From the IMG/VR virus record IMGVR_UViG_3300036783_000180, positions 1-64,000 of that record: 64,000 bases of DNA; one strand, written 5' to 3'. This DNA is from a virus. Taxonomy: Duplodnaviria; Caudoviricetes. Both the position numbers and the translations under genes were made by a program. The notes below the pieces were generated by a model. It searched no databases. It saw nothing but the letters and a program-made list of their open reading frames with translations, and was not told the DNA's origin. This document shows positions 29,277 to 38,097 of this stretch, piece by piece (position 1 is the first letter of the stretch; every line of letters starts with the position of its first letter).

Positions 29277-29701
29277 ATGCATATGAATTATCGCAAGTAG
29301 AGGAAATAAATTATGATTTCATTAAACCGGGATTAGAAGATAGATTTGAGGTAGCGGTCATGCAGTGGTATTGCGATTTCTCAAGGTTTGTACCACATTT
29401 CATACCAACTATAACAGACGTTTTTGACGACACAATCCCTATTACTAGCATAGCTTCAGATATGGTCAGTATATTAAGTGAATGTGCAGCTATAGAATTT
29501 TGCGGAATTGATAAATTTCCAGAATCAATGAGTGATTGGACAAGCGACCATATTCTACGGTTTGAGGATGAGATTGATTTATATCAATATGAGCATGATT
29601 TTTATGCAGATGTAGAAAAGTTTTTAGTGGCTAAAAACATGACATATTGCAGAAGCGATGAATATAAACCGGAGGTAACATATGTGGTAGGAGTGTGGTG
29701 A
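29270..29701 (+). CDS. VW-array paralogue 8
   Basis: Start moved to MVNAYEL (29270). FIPTITDV; ends VTYVVGVW*. Confidence 0.8.
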   Translation: MVNAYELSQVEEINYDFIKPGLEDRFEVAVMQWYCDFSRFVPHFIPTITDVFDDTIPITSIASDMVSILSECAAIEFCGIDKFPESMSDWTSDHILRFEDEIDLYQYEHDFYADVEKFLVAKNMTYCRSDEYKPEVTYVVGVW

Positions 29702-29702
29702 T

Positions 29703-30146
29703 ATGTACGAAGTTGCGGTCAAAGATTACACATTGATGCCATTTAGAATTGTAGAAAAGACACCTGGTATCGTAGAGGAATTTTTGAGATTAGTATCTGA
29801 TTTGTATCACGATTTTTGTTTGTGCAGAGAAGGAATACCAACGTTAGAGGACTTGATGTATTTAGAGGAAGAATATTATCCACCAACAAATGAAACTGTT
29901 AACGGATTTCTAGATGGAATGATTTTAGAATTAATGCACAGACCGAATACATTTTTAGAAGATTTCCTAGTGGATCTACCTGAAGATGTAACAACGGATT
30001 CTGTAGCTGACTTTTTACATGGTTGTTGGGATGATATGAAGCCTTACTATGTAAACGAAATAAGAATAGCGTTAGATTTAATGCGATTTTCTTATAGAGA
30101 CGAGTGGGGCGAAGTAAGAAATTCACATGTAATAGAGGTGTGGTGA
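29703..30146 (+). CDS. VW-array paralogue 9
   Basis: MYEV, GIPTLEDL; ends NSHVIEVW*. Confidence 0.8.
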   Translation: MYEVAVKDYTLMPFRIVEKTPGIVEEFLRLVSDLYHDFCLCREGIPTLEDLMYLEEEYYPPTNETVNGFLDGMILELMHRPNTFLEDFLVDLPEDVTTDSVADFLHGCWDDMKPYYVNEIRIALDLMRFSYRDEWGEVRNSHVIEVW

Positions 30147-30147
30147 A

Positions 30148-30522
30148 ATGTACGAATTAGAAAGAAGAGAAGTTGAATTTAAATTTGTGCCGGAGGAATT
30201 TTATAGCACATTTAAAGCATCGGTAAAGAGTTGGTATGATGGCTTCTGTTATAGTTTCCCGAACAGAATACCAGAAGCTCGATTAGTAAGTTTGGAACAT
30301 CCAATTGGTTTTGAGTTTGAAAGTAGTTTAATTTGGTTTGCAGGAGCGATAATAGAAACACTAGATCCGAATGGAGATTTAGAATACGCTACAGCTTATG
30401 AACTTAGCGTAATGGAAAGAATTTTGTTTGAAGAAGATATACGAACACTATTAGATGCAGAAAACATGGTTTATCTGCTTGATGGAAAAGTACAGAATGC
30501 GATTATTTTGGAGGTATGGTGA
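30148..30522 (+). CDS. VW-array paralogue 10
   Basis: MYEL, RIPE; ends NAIILEVW*. Confidence 0.8.
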   Translation: MYELERREVEFKFVPEEFYSTFKASVKSWYDGFCYSFPNRIPEARLVSLEHPIGFEFESSLIWFAGAIIETLDPNGDLEYATAYELSVMERILFEEDIRTLLDAENMVYLLDGKVQNAIILEVW

Positions 30523-30524
30523 CG

Positions 30525-31067
30525 ATGACTACAGGACAATTAACTACAGAAAGCGTAAAACATGACTTTAAATTCTTTTGTGCAGAGTTATATACAGCGC
30601 AAGAATTAACAGAAGAATTCAGAACGATTTATACATCTATTGTATTAGAAACGGGTCATGTACCTAATCTATTTGATATCAGAATGCATGCTTCTAATTT
30701 AATGCAGCGAGCATTCATCGAAAGAATCGCTTTAGGAAAAGAAGATTTATTAGATGACTATGCATATGGAGAAGGCATAGTCGCACATATACAAGACATT
30801 GTAAGAGAGTACAGACCAGAAGAGTTCTCTCATGGTATCTTCAGATGCATACAAGAGTACCCGACGTTATATCCGAATGACGATTGGGCAGAGCCATTCT
30901 TAGAGGATGCATTGTACATCTTCAATATAAATCAATGGAGATACCATAATATAGAGTGTTATCCAGCTTACAACTTCATGTTGTTATCAGACGAACGCGC
31001 TGACATCTTAGGCAGTCAAGGTAAAAAGGAATTCGATATTAACAATCCTGTCTTGGAGGTATGGTGA
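30525..31067 (+). CDS. VW-array paralogue 11
   Basis: Start 30525 by SD spacing (30516 also possible). HVPNLFDI; ends NNPVLEVW*. Confidence 0.8.
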   Translation: MTTGQLTTESVKHDFKFFCAELYTAQELTEEFRTIYTSIVLETGHVPNLFDIRMHASNLMQRAFIERIALGKEDLLDDYAYGEGIVAHIQDIVREYRPEEFSHGIFRCIQEYPTLYPNDDWAEPFLEDALYIFNINQWRYHNIECYPAYNFMLLSDERADILGSQGKKEFDINNPVLEVW

Positions 31068-31068
31068 T

Positions 31069-31560
31069 ATGAATGCATACGAACTTCAAACGAGTGAATA
31101 TTTTGATGGTCCATATGATTTCTTTCACCACACATTGCAAACCCCACAAGAAATGAAGGATATTTTGTTTGAAAATTATAGATTCTCATGCGAAACAGGT
31201 TGGGTAGAAGGGGTTGCATCGAATGAAATGCCAACGTTATTTGATATTGGAAGTCGTTTTGCCGAAATGTTCGTAAGAGAAAAAACATTACAAGCTTACG
31301 AAACCAACGGTGTCGTCGGAGAAATAGATGTCAGAGAGAATATTGATAAACACGACGGTGATTTAATCGAAGAGGTAGAAACAGATATTCTTTCGGAATT
31401 CGATAATCTTATGAGTTTCGGAGTGTACACAGCGTATTCAGGAGAATTAGGACTTTTCATCGGAGACATAGAGCGTATGTTAAATGCATACAATCTAACT
31501 TACATAAAAGAAACATTAGAAGGAACAACAGCGAATACGTATGTAGTAGGAGTGTGGTAA
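31069..31560 (+). CDS. VW-array paralogue 12
   Basis: MNAYEL, EMPTLFDI; ends NTYVVGVW*. Confidence 0.8.
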   Translation: MNAYELQTSEYFDGPYDFFHHTLQTPQEMKDILFENYRFSCETGWVEGVASNEMPTLFDIGSRFAEMFVREKTLQAYETNGVVGEIDVRENIDKHDGDLIEEVETDILSEFDNLMSFGVYTAYSGELGLFIGDIERMLNAYNLTYIKETLEGTTANTYVVGVW

Positions 31561-31562
31561 GC

Positions 31563-32024
31563 ATGTATCAACTGGAACAATCAAAAGAGGAAATAGGACT
31601 GAAATTCATACCAAAAGAAAGGCAAAAAGATTTTATAAAAGAGGTATTAGACACTTACAAATGCACGTATCATATTGTAGATAAATTAGGAGGGGATAAA
31701 AACTTTCACTACGTAGACCCTTGGGCTGACATAGGCGTGTTCTTAGGAGAACTTTTCCTAATCGGATGTTGTTATAGGGATTTCGGACACAACTTAGCTT
31801 ACGAAGATAGAGTGCAAGAATTAGCAAGTGAAGGTTTAGATCCGATGCAAGAGTTAAGGGAATGGTACGAAAGTGTCGATAGCGATTATCATGATAAATT
31901 CGTTGAAGACATTATGATAGTTCTGAATCATCATCAATATTCATACTTCGACCCAACAGATAACCCTTACAATGACACAGGCGTTGTAGTCATTCACAAT
32001 AATTATTGCGTTGAAGTTTGGTAA
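31563..32024 (+). CDS. VW-array paralogue 13
   Basis: MYQL; ends NNYCVEVW*. Confidence 0.8.
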   Translation: MYQLEQSKEEIGLKFIPKERQKDFIKEVLDTYKCTYHIVDKLGGDKNFHYVDPWADIGVFLGELFLIGCCYRDFGHNLAYEDRVQELASEGLDPMQELREWYESVDSDYHDKFVEDIMIVLNHHQYSYFDPTDNPYNDTGVVVIHNNYCVEVW

Positions 32025-32041
32025 ATAAAGGAGAATGTAAA

Positions 32042-32518
32042 ATGGAAATGGAAGCAACAGGCTTATACGGATTACAATTAGAAACGGAAGCGCCATACAG
32101 ATTATTATATGTAATGGGCGACGAAGAATTAAAACAAGTAATGAGAGATGTGTACTTAGCAACTTGCACTGCAATAAAGCCACCTTTATTTAAAAGGATT
32201 TTATCTGAAGTTATGATGAATGGAGTTCTTGTTTATGTATTCGCAGAACACGCAAAACGCTCCCCCGAACGTTTTGGACTAGAACAACGAACTGCTGATA
32301 TGTTTCATGCAGATGTAATGAGTTTCGGTATGGGCGAAAACAGTGAGTTCTTAGAATTTGCACTTTCTCATGTATCCGATTACTTCTTAGGAGAGTTCGA
32401 AAGCGACATAGAAATATTTATGAACATACAGAACTACAGCTACTTAGTAGAAGATAGAGTTAATATTCATTCATCTGAGGAAACTATCAGAAATCCACCT
32501 GTTATCGGGGTTTGGTAA
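32042..32518 (+). CDS. VW-array paralogue 14
   Basis: Start 32042 (AAGGAG). IKPPLF; ends NPPVIGVW*. Confidence 0.8.
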   Translation: MEMEATGLYGLQLETEAPYRLLYVMGDEELKQVMRDVYLATCTAIKPPLFKRILSEVMMNGVLVYVFAEHAKRSPERFGLEQRTADMFHADVMSFGMGENSEFLEFALSHVSDYFLGEFESDIEIFMNIQNYSYLVEDRVNIHSSEETIRNPPVIGVW

Positions 32519-32557
32519 TAGGTGGATTCTTTACATATAGAAGGGGAGTAAGGTGTA

Positions 32558-33358
32558 ATGGTGTTGGCGTTAAGTTCATTGAAGACACAGCAGTTAGTAA
32601 AACGATTTGACGTAGCCAAGCTCTTAGAAAGTTCTTTGGACATGTCATATTGGAAGGGGGATGATTGCACAAAAGGAGTGTTTTTTACAGATGAATATGG
32701 TTACTCACTCAACAAGGTAGTTGCTATTAGAGTAAATCATCATGAAGCTGCACCAGAAGTTTTTTATTCTTTTAATGAAAGTGAGGAAGAGGAAGGTGGT
32801 ACCGTGATAACAACGTATCCTTATAAAGATTTAGCACTACTTCCAAGAAAGCATCATTTGTTATTTAACGAGGAAAGGATTGAGAAGAACAATTTGGACA
32901 AAGTGTTCGAAAGAAAGGAGATATTAAAATCAATTAGTATAAAACCAAATGAGGTTGCCGAGACGATTGAAAAACAATTTCCAAACAAACGTCAGAGAGA
33001 TCGGACTCAATTGGTTATGAGTGTTAAGGATGATGAATTGTTACTTGAAGCAACCAAGAAAAAGAAAGTTACTTTTTCGGAAATCGTGAAGTATGATACA
33101 ATTACATCGCAAGACATTATTGAACTACAACAACCTACTTACGATTTGAGTCATTGGAAAACAGATAAAAAATCCAATGAAATAAAAGGAGCGATTAATG
33201 CTCATACTTTATGTTACTTGCTTCATGTGTTTCGAAGTTTCAATTCTGTTATCTTTCATTTTGAAGAGGATAGAATTTTTATGGTAAGCAACCCTACAGA
33301 CACAAAAACAGAAGTTGCACCTACTATCGAAGTTGTTGTAAGTTTAATGAAGAGTTAA
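32558..33358 (+). CDS. Divergent sliding clamp-like protein B
   Basis: TKGVFFTDEYGYSLNKVVAIRV and the C-terminal AINAHTLCYLLHVF....VIFHF...IFM...IEVVVSLM resemble beta-clamp domains II/III. Lies directly upstream of the primase-helicase. Confidence 0.4.
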   Translation: MVLALSSLKTQQLVKRFDVAKLLESSLDMSYWKGDDCTKGVFFTDEYGYSLNKVVAIRVNHHEAAPEVFYSFNESEEEEGGTVITTYPYKDLALLPRKHHLLFNEERIEKNNLDKVFERKEILKSISIKPNEVAETIEKQFPNKRQRDRTQLVMSVKDDELLLEATKKKKVTFSEIVKYDTITSQDIIELQQPTYDLSHWKTDKKSNEIKGAINAHTLCYLLHVFRSFNSVIFHFEEDRIFMVSNPTDTKTEVAPTIEVVVSLMKS

Positions 33359-33384
33359 CGTGTGTTTAGAGGGAGGAAATAAGA

Positions 33385-36300
33385 TTGAGTTGGTATAAGA
33401 AGGTTAACAAATACATCGATGAAAATTTGCTAGATTTCATCAAGGAGTTTTACGGGGATAACGGTTGTGATACACAAAAAATTTCAAGAGCAATTCGTGT
33501 TAATCCTTGTCCTAGTTGCGGTCATAAGGATTGTTTCTCTTTCGCAACTGAAATGAATGCCTTCAACTGTTTCTCTTGTGAAGTCAGCGGCAACAGGATT
33601 AATTCATTATCAATTATTTTAAATTTATCGGATGAAGAAATAAGAAAGAGGATTTTTGACTGGTCTGGAATTGATTATGTACCTAACCAAGTTCATGACC
33701 AACAGGTTCAAAAAGAGCGCGAACACAATAGTAGGATTAAACTAATCCATGATACAGCATTACAATTGTTCTCGTATATGTTGAAGAACAACCAAGAATC
33801 AAAAGCACTTTATCATCAAACAGGAATAAGAAAGCATCAGGTTGAATACTTAGAAAAATACCATGTAGGTTATTCCGTTGATAATCGCATCTTAAGGAAT
33901 GGATTAGAAAAGTCACCGCATAATTTCACAGAAGAAGAAATTAAAGAAGGCTTGAAATTAGTAGGTGTACCAGAAGGATACTTTGTATATCCTTACTTCG
34001 ATAAGACGGGTAATCTAATTCGTGTTAATACAAAATTACATGAACGAATTTGTATGGGCAACCAACGTAATGATGGTAGTTTCGAATTCAATTGTGGATA
34101 CAGAACAACTGATTTATCTGCAAAAGCAATAGAAGATCATAAGGCTAGACCGTCAAATAAAAATCACGTACTGAGTTCGGATGGTTTTTCTCGTGGTGAA
34201 AAGACAGAAGCTTTCTACTATGCAAAAGGAAAATTGAAACGACAAAAGTTCGCTATACTTCTTGAAGGTGAGAACGATGTTATTTCGGTGGACGAAGCAC
34301 TAGGATGTTTACCTAAGCAATATCAACGCGACTTCATACCAATAGGTCTAGGTGGTCGAATGGATGAAGCTAGTTTCGATGGTTTATTCCTAAGACAATT
34401 CGATGCTATTTACGAATGTTTTGACCATGATGAAGCAGGCGACAAATACAGAGAATTGTTAGACGAAAAATTACCTGACATTCCTGTATACTCCATTAAA
34501 TTCGATGAAGATTACAACGACATCGATGCGTACTTAAAGTCCGGTGTAGTAGCGGATGGATTAAAAGATGCAATCGACAACGCTGAGTACAGAGAAACAC
34601 ATCACTTCATTATCAATCGTGATACAAAATCTCACAAATGGAGTTTGGTGAACAGAAAGTACGAAATTGTTTTCGATATAAATAGATACAATCACAAGAA
34701 AGGATTCCCTGAAGGAACGATTTCTGTAAATAAAGGTGGGCAACCAGTTTTCGAAAAAGATGGAGACTTAGCTTCAGCTAGATTGGATAACTATCTGAAT
34801 ACACCTAAGCTTCTATTCGTTCGAAAACTGAAAGAGTATTACCAAAGTGTAGAAATGACATCCAATGGACCACAAAGAAGTTTCGAAGAATTGATAGATA
34901 TCTATCCGTACACTGCAAAGAAAAACACAGTAGTTAAACATTTGTCTATTTACTTAGCAAATAAAGACGAAAAAGATTTCGAGATAGCAGTTAAACGTTT
35001 AGCAAAACTAGGCAGCAAAGTACGAAGCCAAGTTCTGCAAGAAGTCAATTCTTCAAGGTCTGACGACATAAAGAATCCTAATCAGATTCCTGAAGTTACG
35101 TTGTCTCAATTCTTCAGTGTCCAAAATGATGATGCTTTCTTTTACTTCACAAAGTTCTTAAAAGACGATGAGGAAGACACGAACGAAACAAAGAAGCTTC
35201 CATTTCTTCTTACAAATAAGAAAGAAGAAATCAGATTGGATTTAATCAAACGGAAAACACCACAAAGTGTATTACTCGTGAAAAAGAAATACCAATTACC
35301 TAGTGAGGTACCGACAGCCATCATGGACCCGGATGGAGCTTCTTTACAACAGGAATGGGCTGAAAAGTGGAGGCTAGGGCAATTAGATCCTGAAGAGTAC
35401 GCACCATCAAAGTTGATACAAGAAATAGAAGAGTTCGTTAACCGATGTTACTACCTAGAACCAGATACAGTAAAAGTTCTGTCTCTATGGATTTATGCAA
35501 CGTACTTCTATACGATATTCAAAGCAGGATTCCCTTACTTATTAATCACAGGTGAAAAGGGAACAGGTAAAACGACTGCCGATATGTTGATTTACCTACT
35601 ATCATTAAACGCAAAATTAGCATTACAAATGTCAGAGTCAGCGTTATTCCGTGCTATTAGTCAACAGGGCGGAACATTTATCCTGGATGAAATTGAGAAT
35701 TTAAATGATAAGAAAAACGTTGATAATAATGCAATGGCAACAATTCTAAAGGGTGGTTATTCCGATACAGGTAAAATCTATAGAACAAATATGGATCAAG
35801 GTTCTGGTGGTAATGTAGAAGGATTCTCTGCTTTTGGACCGAAGGTTATTTCAAACATCAATGGTTTGGATGAGGTTATTGGTGACCGTTGTATTTTCAT
35901 TAAAACGATTCGTGCACCTGAAAGTAAGATTCAAGATTTAGAAGATGTTCAGTTTTATAGAGATGGAACAGGTCTTGAGGAAGTAAAAGCCATCACTTCT
36001 AAATGTGTGATATCAGCATTAACTTACTTCAAAGAGGTGTACGATCTTTACTATAATCCGCGTTCTAAGATTTCGACAGGTAACGCACGTTTATCGCAAA
36101 TCGTTAAACCGTTAATGACTATGGCGCAATTTGTAGGTGAAGAGTACGAAGAGGCTTTAATGCGATTCTATAAAAATGAAATTTCTCCAGTCAAAGAAGA
36201 ATTATCCGTTTCTTCTCTAGAGGGTATGGTTAAACATTTAATCAAAACAGTTGCATTGGAATTATCTGGTGTAACTACAACTAAGTGGGCAACACAACAT

Positions 36301-36648
36301 CACGAAAGTATGTATCCCACACCTATCGACTACGACGAGAAAAGTGGAATATTCAGCATGGATATTATGCACTTCTTCACTTTAGCTGAAGCTTCTAATA
36401 ACGATACACCAGTTGAACTGAATGCACTACGCAAAACGATTAAACAAACGTTTAAGAATCAAGCTGAGTACATGGCTAGGACAACGAAGAGAAGCGTAGG
36501 TATTGTGGACGAAGGCTTGCAAAGACGTTTAAATGGAAAGAAGCGTATGTTAGTAGACGTAATTTCATTCAACGTAAATGATTACTTAACTGATGCAGAA
36601 AAAGAAACGATGAATCCAAACAGAGTTCCAGAAAAATCACTATTCTAA
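33385..36648 (+). CDS. Primase-helicase fusion (Zn finger + TOPRIM + P-loop ATPase)
   Basis: CPSCGH..CF...CFSC zinc finger. TOPRIM LLEGEND...CFDHDEAG. Walker A GEKGTGKT, Walker B FILDEIE. Confidence 0.85.
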   Translation: MSWYKKVNKYIDENLLDFIKEFYGDNGCDTQKISRAIRVNPCPSCGHKDCFSFATEMNAFNCFSCEVSGNRINSLSIILNLSDEEIRKRIFDWSGIDYVPNQVHDQQVQKEREHNSRIKLIHDTALQLFSYMLKNNQESKALYHQTGIRKHQVEYLEKYHVGYSVDNRILRNGLEKSPHNFTEEEIKEGLKLVGVPEGYFVYPYFDKTGNLIRVNTKLHERICMGNQRNDGSFEFNCGYRTTDLSAKAIEDHKARPSNKNHVLSSDGFSRGEKTEAFYYAKGKLKRQKFAILLEGENDVISVDEALGCLPKQYQRDFIPIGLGGRMDEASFDGLFLRQFDAIYECFDHDEAGDKYRELLDEKLPDIPVYSIKFDEDYNDIDAYLKSGVVADGLKDAIDNAEYRETHHFIINRDTKSHKWSLVNRKYEIVFDINRYNHKKGFPEGTISVNKGGQPVFEKDGDLASARLDNYLNTPKLLFVRKLKEYYQSVEMTSNGPQRSFEELIDIYPYTAKKNTVVKHLSIYLANKDEKDFEIAVKRLAKLGSKVRSQVLQEVNSSRSDDIKNPNQIPEVTLSQFFSVQNDDAFFYFTKFLKDDEEDTNETKKLPFLLTNKKEEIRLDLIKRKTPQSVLLVKKKYQLPSEVPTAIMDPDGASLQQEWAEKWRLGQLDPEEYAPSKLIQEIEEFVNRCYYLEPDTVKVLSLWIYATYFYTIFKAGFPYLLITGEKGTGKTTADMLIYLLSLNAKLALQMSESALFRAISQQGGTFILDEIENLNDKKNVDNNAMATILKGGYSDTGKIYRTNMDQGSGGNVEGFSAFGPKVISNINGLDEVIGDRCIFIKTIRAPESKIQDLEDVQFYRDGTGLEEVKAITSKCVISALTYFKEVYDLYYNPRSKISTGNARLSQIVKPLMTMAQFVGEEYEEALMRFYKNEISPVKEELSVSSLEGMVKHLIKTVALELSGVTTTKWATQHHESMYPTPIDYDEKSGIFSMDIMHFFTLAEASNNDTPVELNALRKTIKQTFKNQAEYMARTTKRSVGIVDEGLQRRLNGKKRMLVDVISFNVNDYLTDAEKETMNPNRVPEKSLF

Positions 36649-36652
36649 TGTT

Positions 36653-36682
36653 AGACCGCTAAGTATACTTGGCGGTCTTTTC
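36653..36682 (+). terminator. Intrinsic terminator
   Basis: AGACCGCTAAG-TATA-CTTGGCGGTCT followed by TTT. Confidence 0.65.
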
Positions 36683-36697
36683 ATATTCGGAAGGAGA

Positions 36698-36967
36698 ATG
36701 AATTTGAAAAGAAGAACACGCTTAGTATACGATGACAAAAATTATGTCGAAGCGGGCTATTTAGATGGCACTTGTCCAAACTGTAAGAGTTGGGAAGCAC
36801 CTACGACAACAACAGAATTAAAAAGGATAAGGAATCCAGAAGTGTACATAGGAAGTGGCCCTATCTTAAAAGATAAGAATGTCGGATACGATAAACTTGT
36901 TTGGAAAGAGTACTTTGAGTGCCCTGTTTGCCGCACAAGGTTCTCTGTACGGTTCAATGACCTTTAG
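36698..36967 (+). CDS. Small zinc-binding protein
   Basis: CPNC...CPVC, AAGGAG RBS. Confidence 0.65.
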   Translation: MNLKRRTRLVYDDKNYVEAGYLDGTCPNCKSWEAPTTTTELKRIRNPEVYIGSGPILKDKNVGYDKLVWKEYFECPVCRTRFSVRFNDL

Positions 36968-36981
36968 TGTCATTTAGTGCC

Positions 36982-37006
36982 CAAAACTTGTTATAAGTAA
37001 AGTGAG
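36982..37006 (+). promoter_or_regulatory. Conserved 25-bp motif copy 4
   Basis: CAAAACTTGTTATAAGTAAAGTGAG. Confidence 0.75.
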
Positions 37007-37057
37007 AAAAGGGAAGACAAATAAAATAAAATAACATATAAAAAGGAGAAATGAAAA

Positions 37058-37258
37058 ATGAACGGAATCGCAAAAGTAGGTTTACAGGTATTAAAAGGAG
37101 CAGGAAGATTAATGAAGATGGGGGCAATCTACACATTATCAAACGAATTACAAAGCATCAACAAAAATGAATCAAAGCAATTCAATAGGGAAGTAAGAAC
37201 AGGAGCAGAAGACACAGTAAGAAAGTTCAAACTAATCAAAAGTGATGACCAAATGTAG
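37058..37258 (+). CDS. Small protein (motif-driven cassette)
   Basis: 66 aa, AAGGAG RBS, A-rich codons, amphipathic N-terminus. Confidence 0.7.
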   Translation: MNGIAKVGLQVLKGAGRLMKMGAIYTLSNELQSINKNESKQFNREVRTGAEDTVRKFKLIKSDDQM

Positions 37259-37283
37259 TAGCATTATGCTACTACATTTTTTT
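37251..37283 (+). terminator. Intrinsic terminator (near-perfect palindrome)
   Basis: AAATGTAGTAGCAT-T-ATGCTACTACATTT then TTTT. Confidence 0.75.
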
Positions 37284-37308
37284 CGCCAAACTAAGGAGGA
37301 TATAAACC

Positions 37309-38097
37309 ATGATGAAAAACTTTGCAATTATGACACCTTTCAAATTGAACTGGAAGTATGTAGTTCCTTATGACTTTGAAAGACTGCAATACTTTGTTAC
37401 GCCACGAGTATCTATTTTATTTGATAGAATCACAAACGGAAAACGAAACTTCTTTTTAGGTTCATTTTTAGCCGGAGGAAATAGAGACAAATTCGCAAAT
37501 GAATTTATGCCACAGTTATCTAAAGAGCGTATTGATATGGCTTTTGAAACAGATACCATTTCAGCGTTCTTAACACAAGAGGATGCAGAAAGTTGCCAAG
37601 CTCTTTTTGATGAAGAACAATTCTTTTGCTTCCGCGTTACTTTGCTTTTAGATGGAGCGGAAACGGATCTAAGAGCATTGCCGGAAGAAGATTATTATAA
37701 AGCGTTAGAAATTCTATCAACAGAATTAAAAGTGGTAACGATTATGGATTTAGAAGCACAAGAAGAAACTCTTGCCGATATGTATAGAGAGACAAGAGAA
37801 GAAGTTGAAAAAGGAATGCTGAATGAAGCAAGAAAGAAAGAAGAAACAATTACAGACGGTGAACAATCTGGAAAGATAGCAATACTAAAAGGTGCTTTAG
37901 GTGCATTAGCTACCACTGCAAGTGTATATTGTGCGGCAACTACCAAAAGGATGATTAGACGAGGCGGTAAGGCAGGTATAGCAATCGGAAGTATTTGCAG
38001 TGTACTTAGTTTCGGATTCTCACTAGTAGGTCGGAGTTTAATGAAAACATCAATTAACCATTTCAAAAAAGGGAAGGTAGGATTCATCAATGTCTAA
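37309..38097 (+). CDS. Membrane-anchored hypothetical protein
   Basis: 262 aa, two C-terminal hydrophobic segments. Confidence 0.65.
   Translation: MMKNFAIMTPFKLNWKYVVPYDFERLQYFVTPRVSILFDRITNGKRNFFLGSFLAGGNRDKFANEFMPQLSKERIDMAFETDTISAFLTQEDAESCQALFDEEQFFCFRVTLLLDGAETDLRALPEEDYYKALEILSTELKVVTIMDLEAQEETLADMYRETREEVEKGMLNEARKKEETITDGEQSGKIAILKGALGALATTASVYCAATTKRMIRRGGKAGIAIGSICSVLSFGFSLVGRSLMKTSINHFKKGKVGFINV

Noticed and set aside
26479-32518. VW array as a CRISPR array, integron or diversity-generating retroelement
   Set aside because: The shared DNA is only about 15 nt, degenerate and coding. There are no attC-like palindromes, no integrase, Cas or reverse transcriptase in the window, and no template/variable repeat pair differing at adenines.
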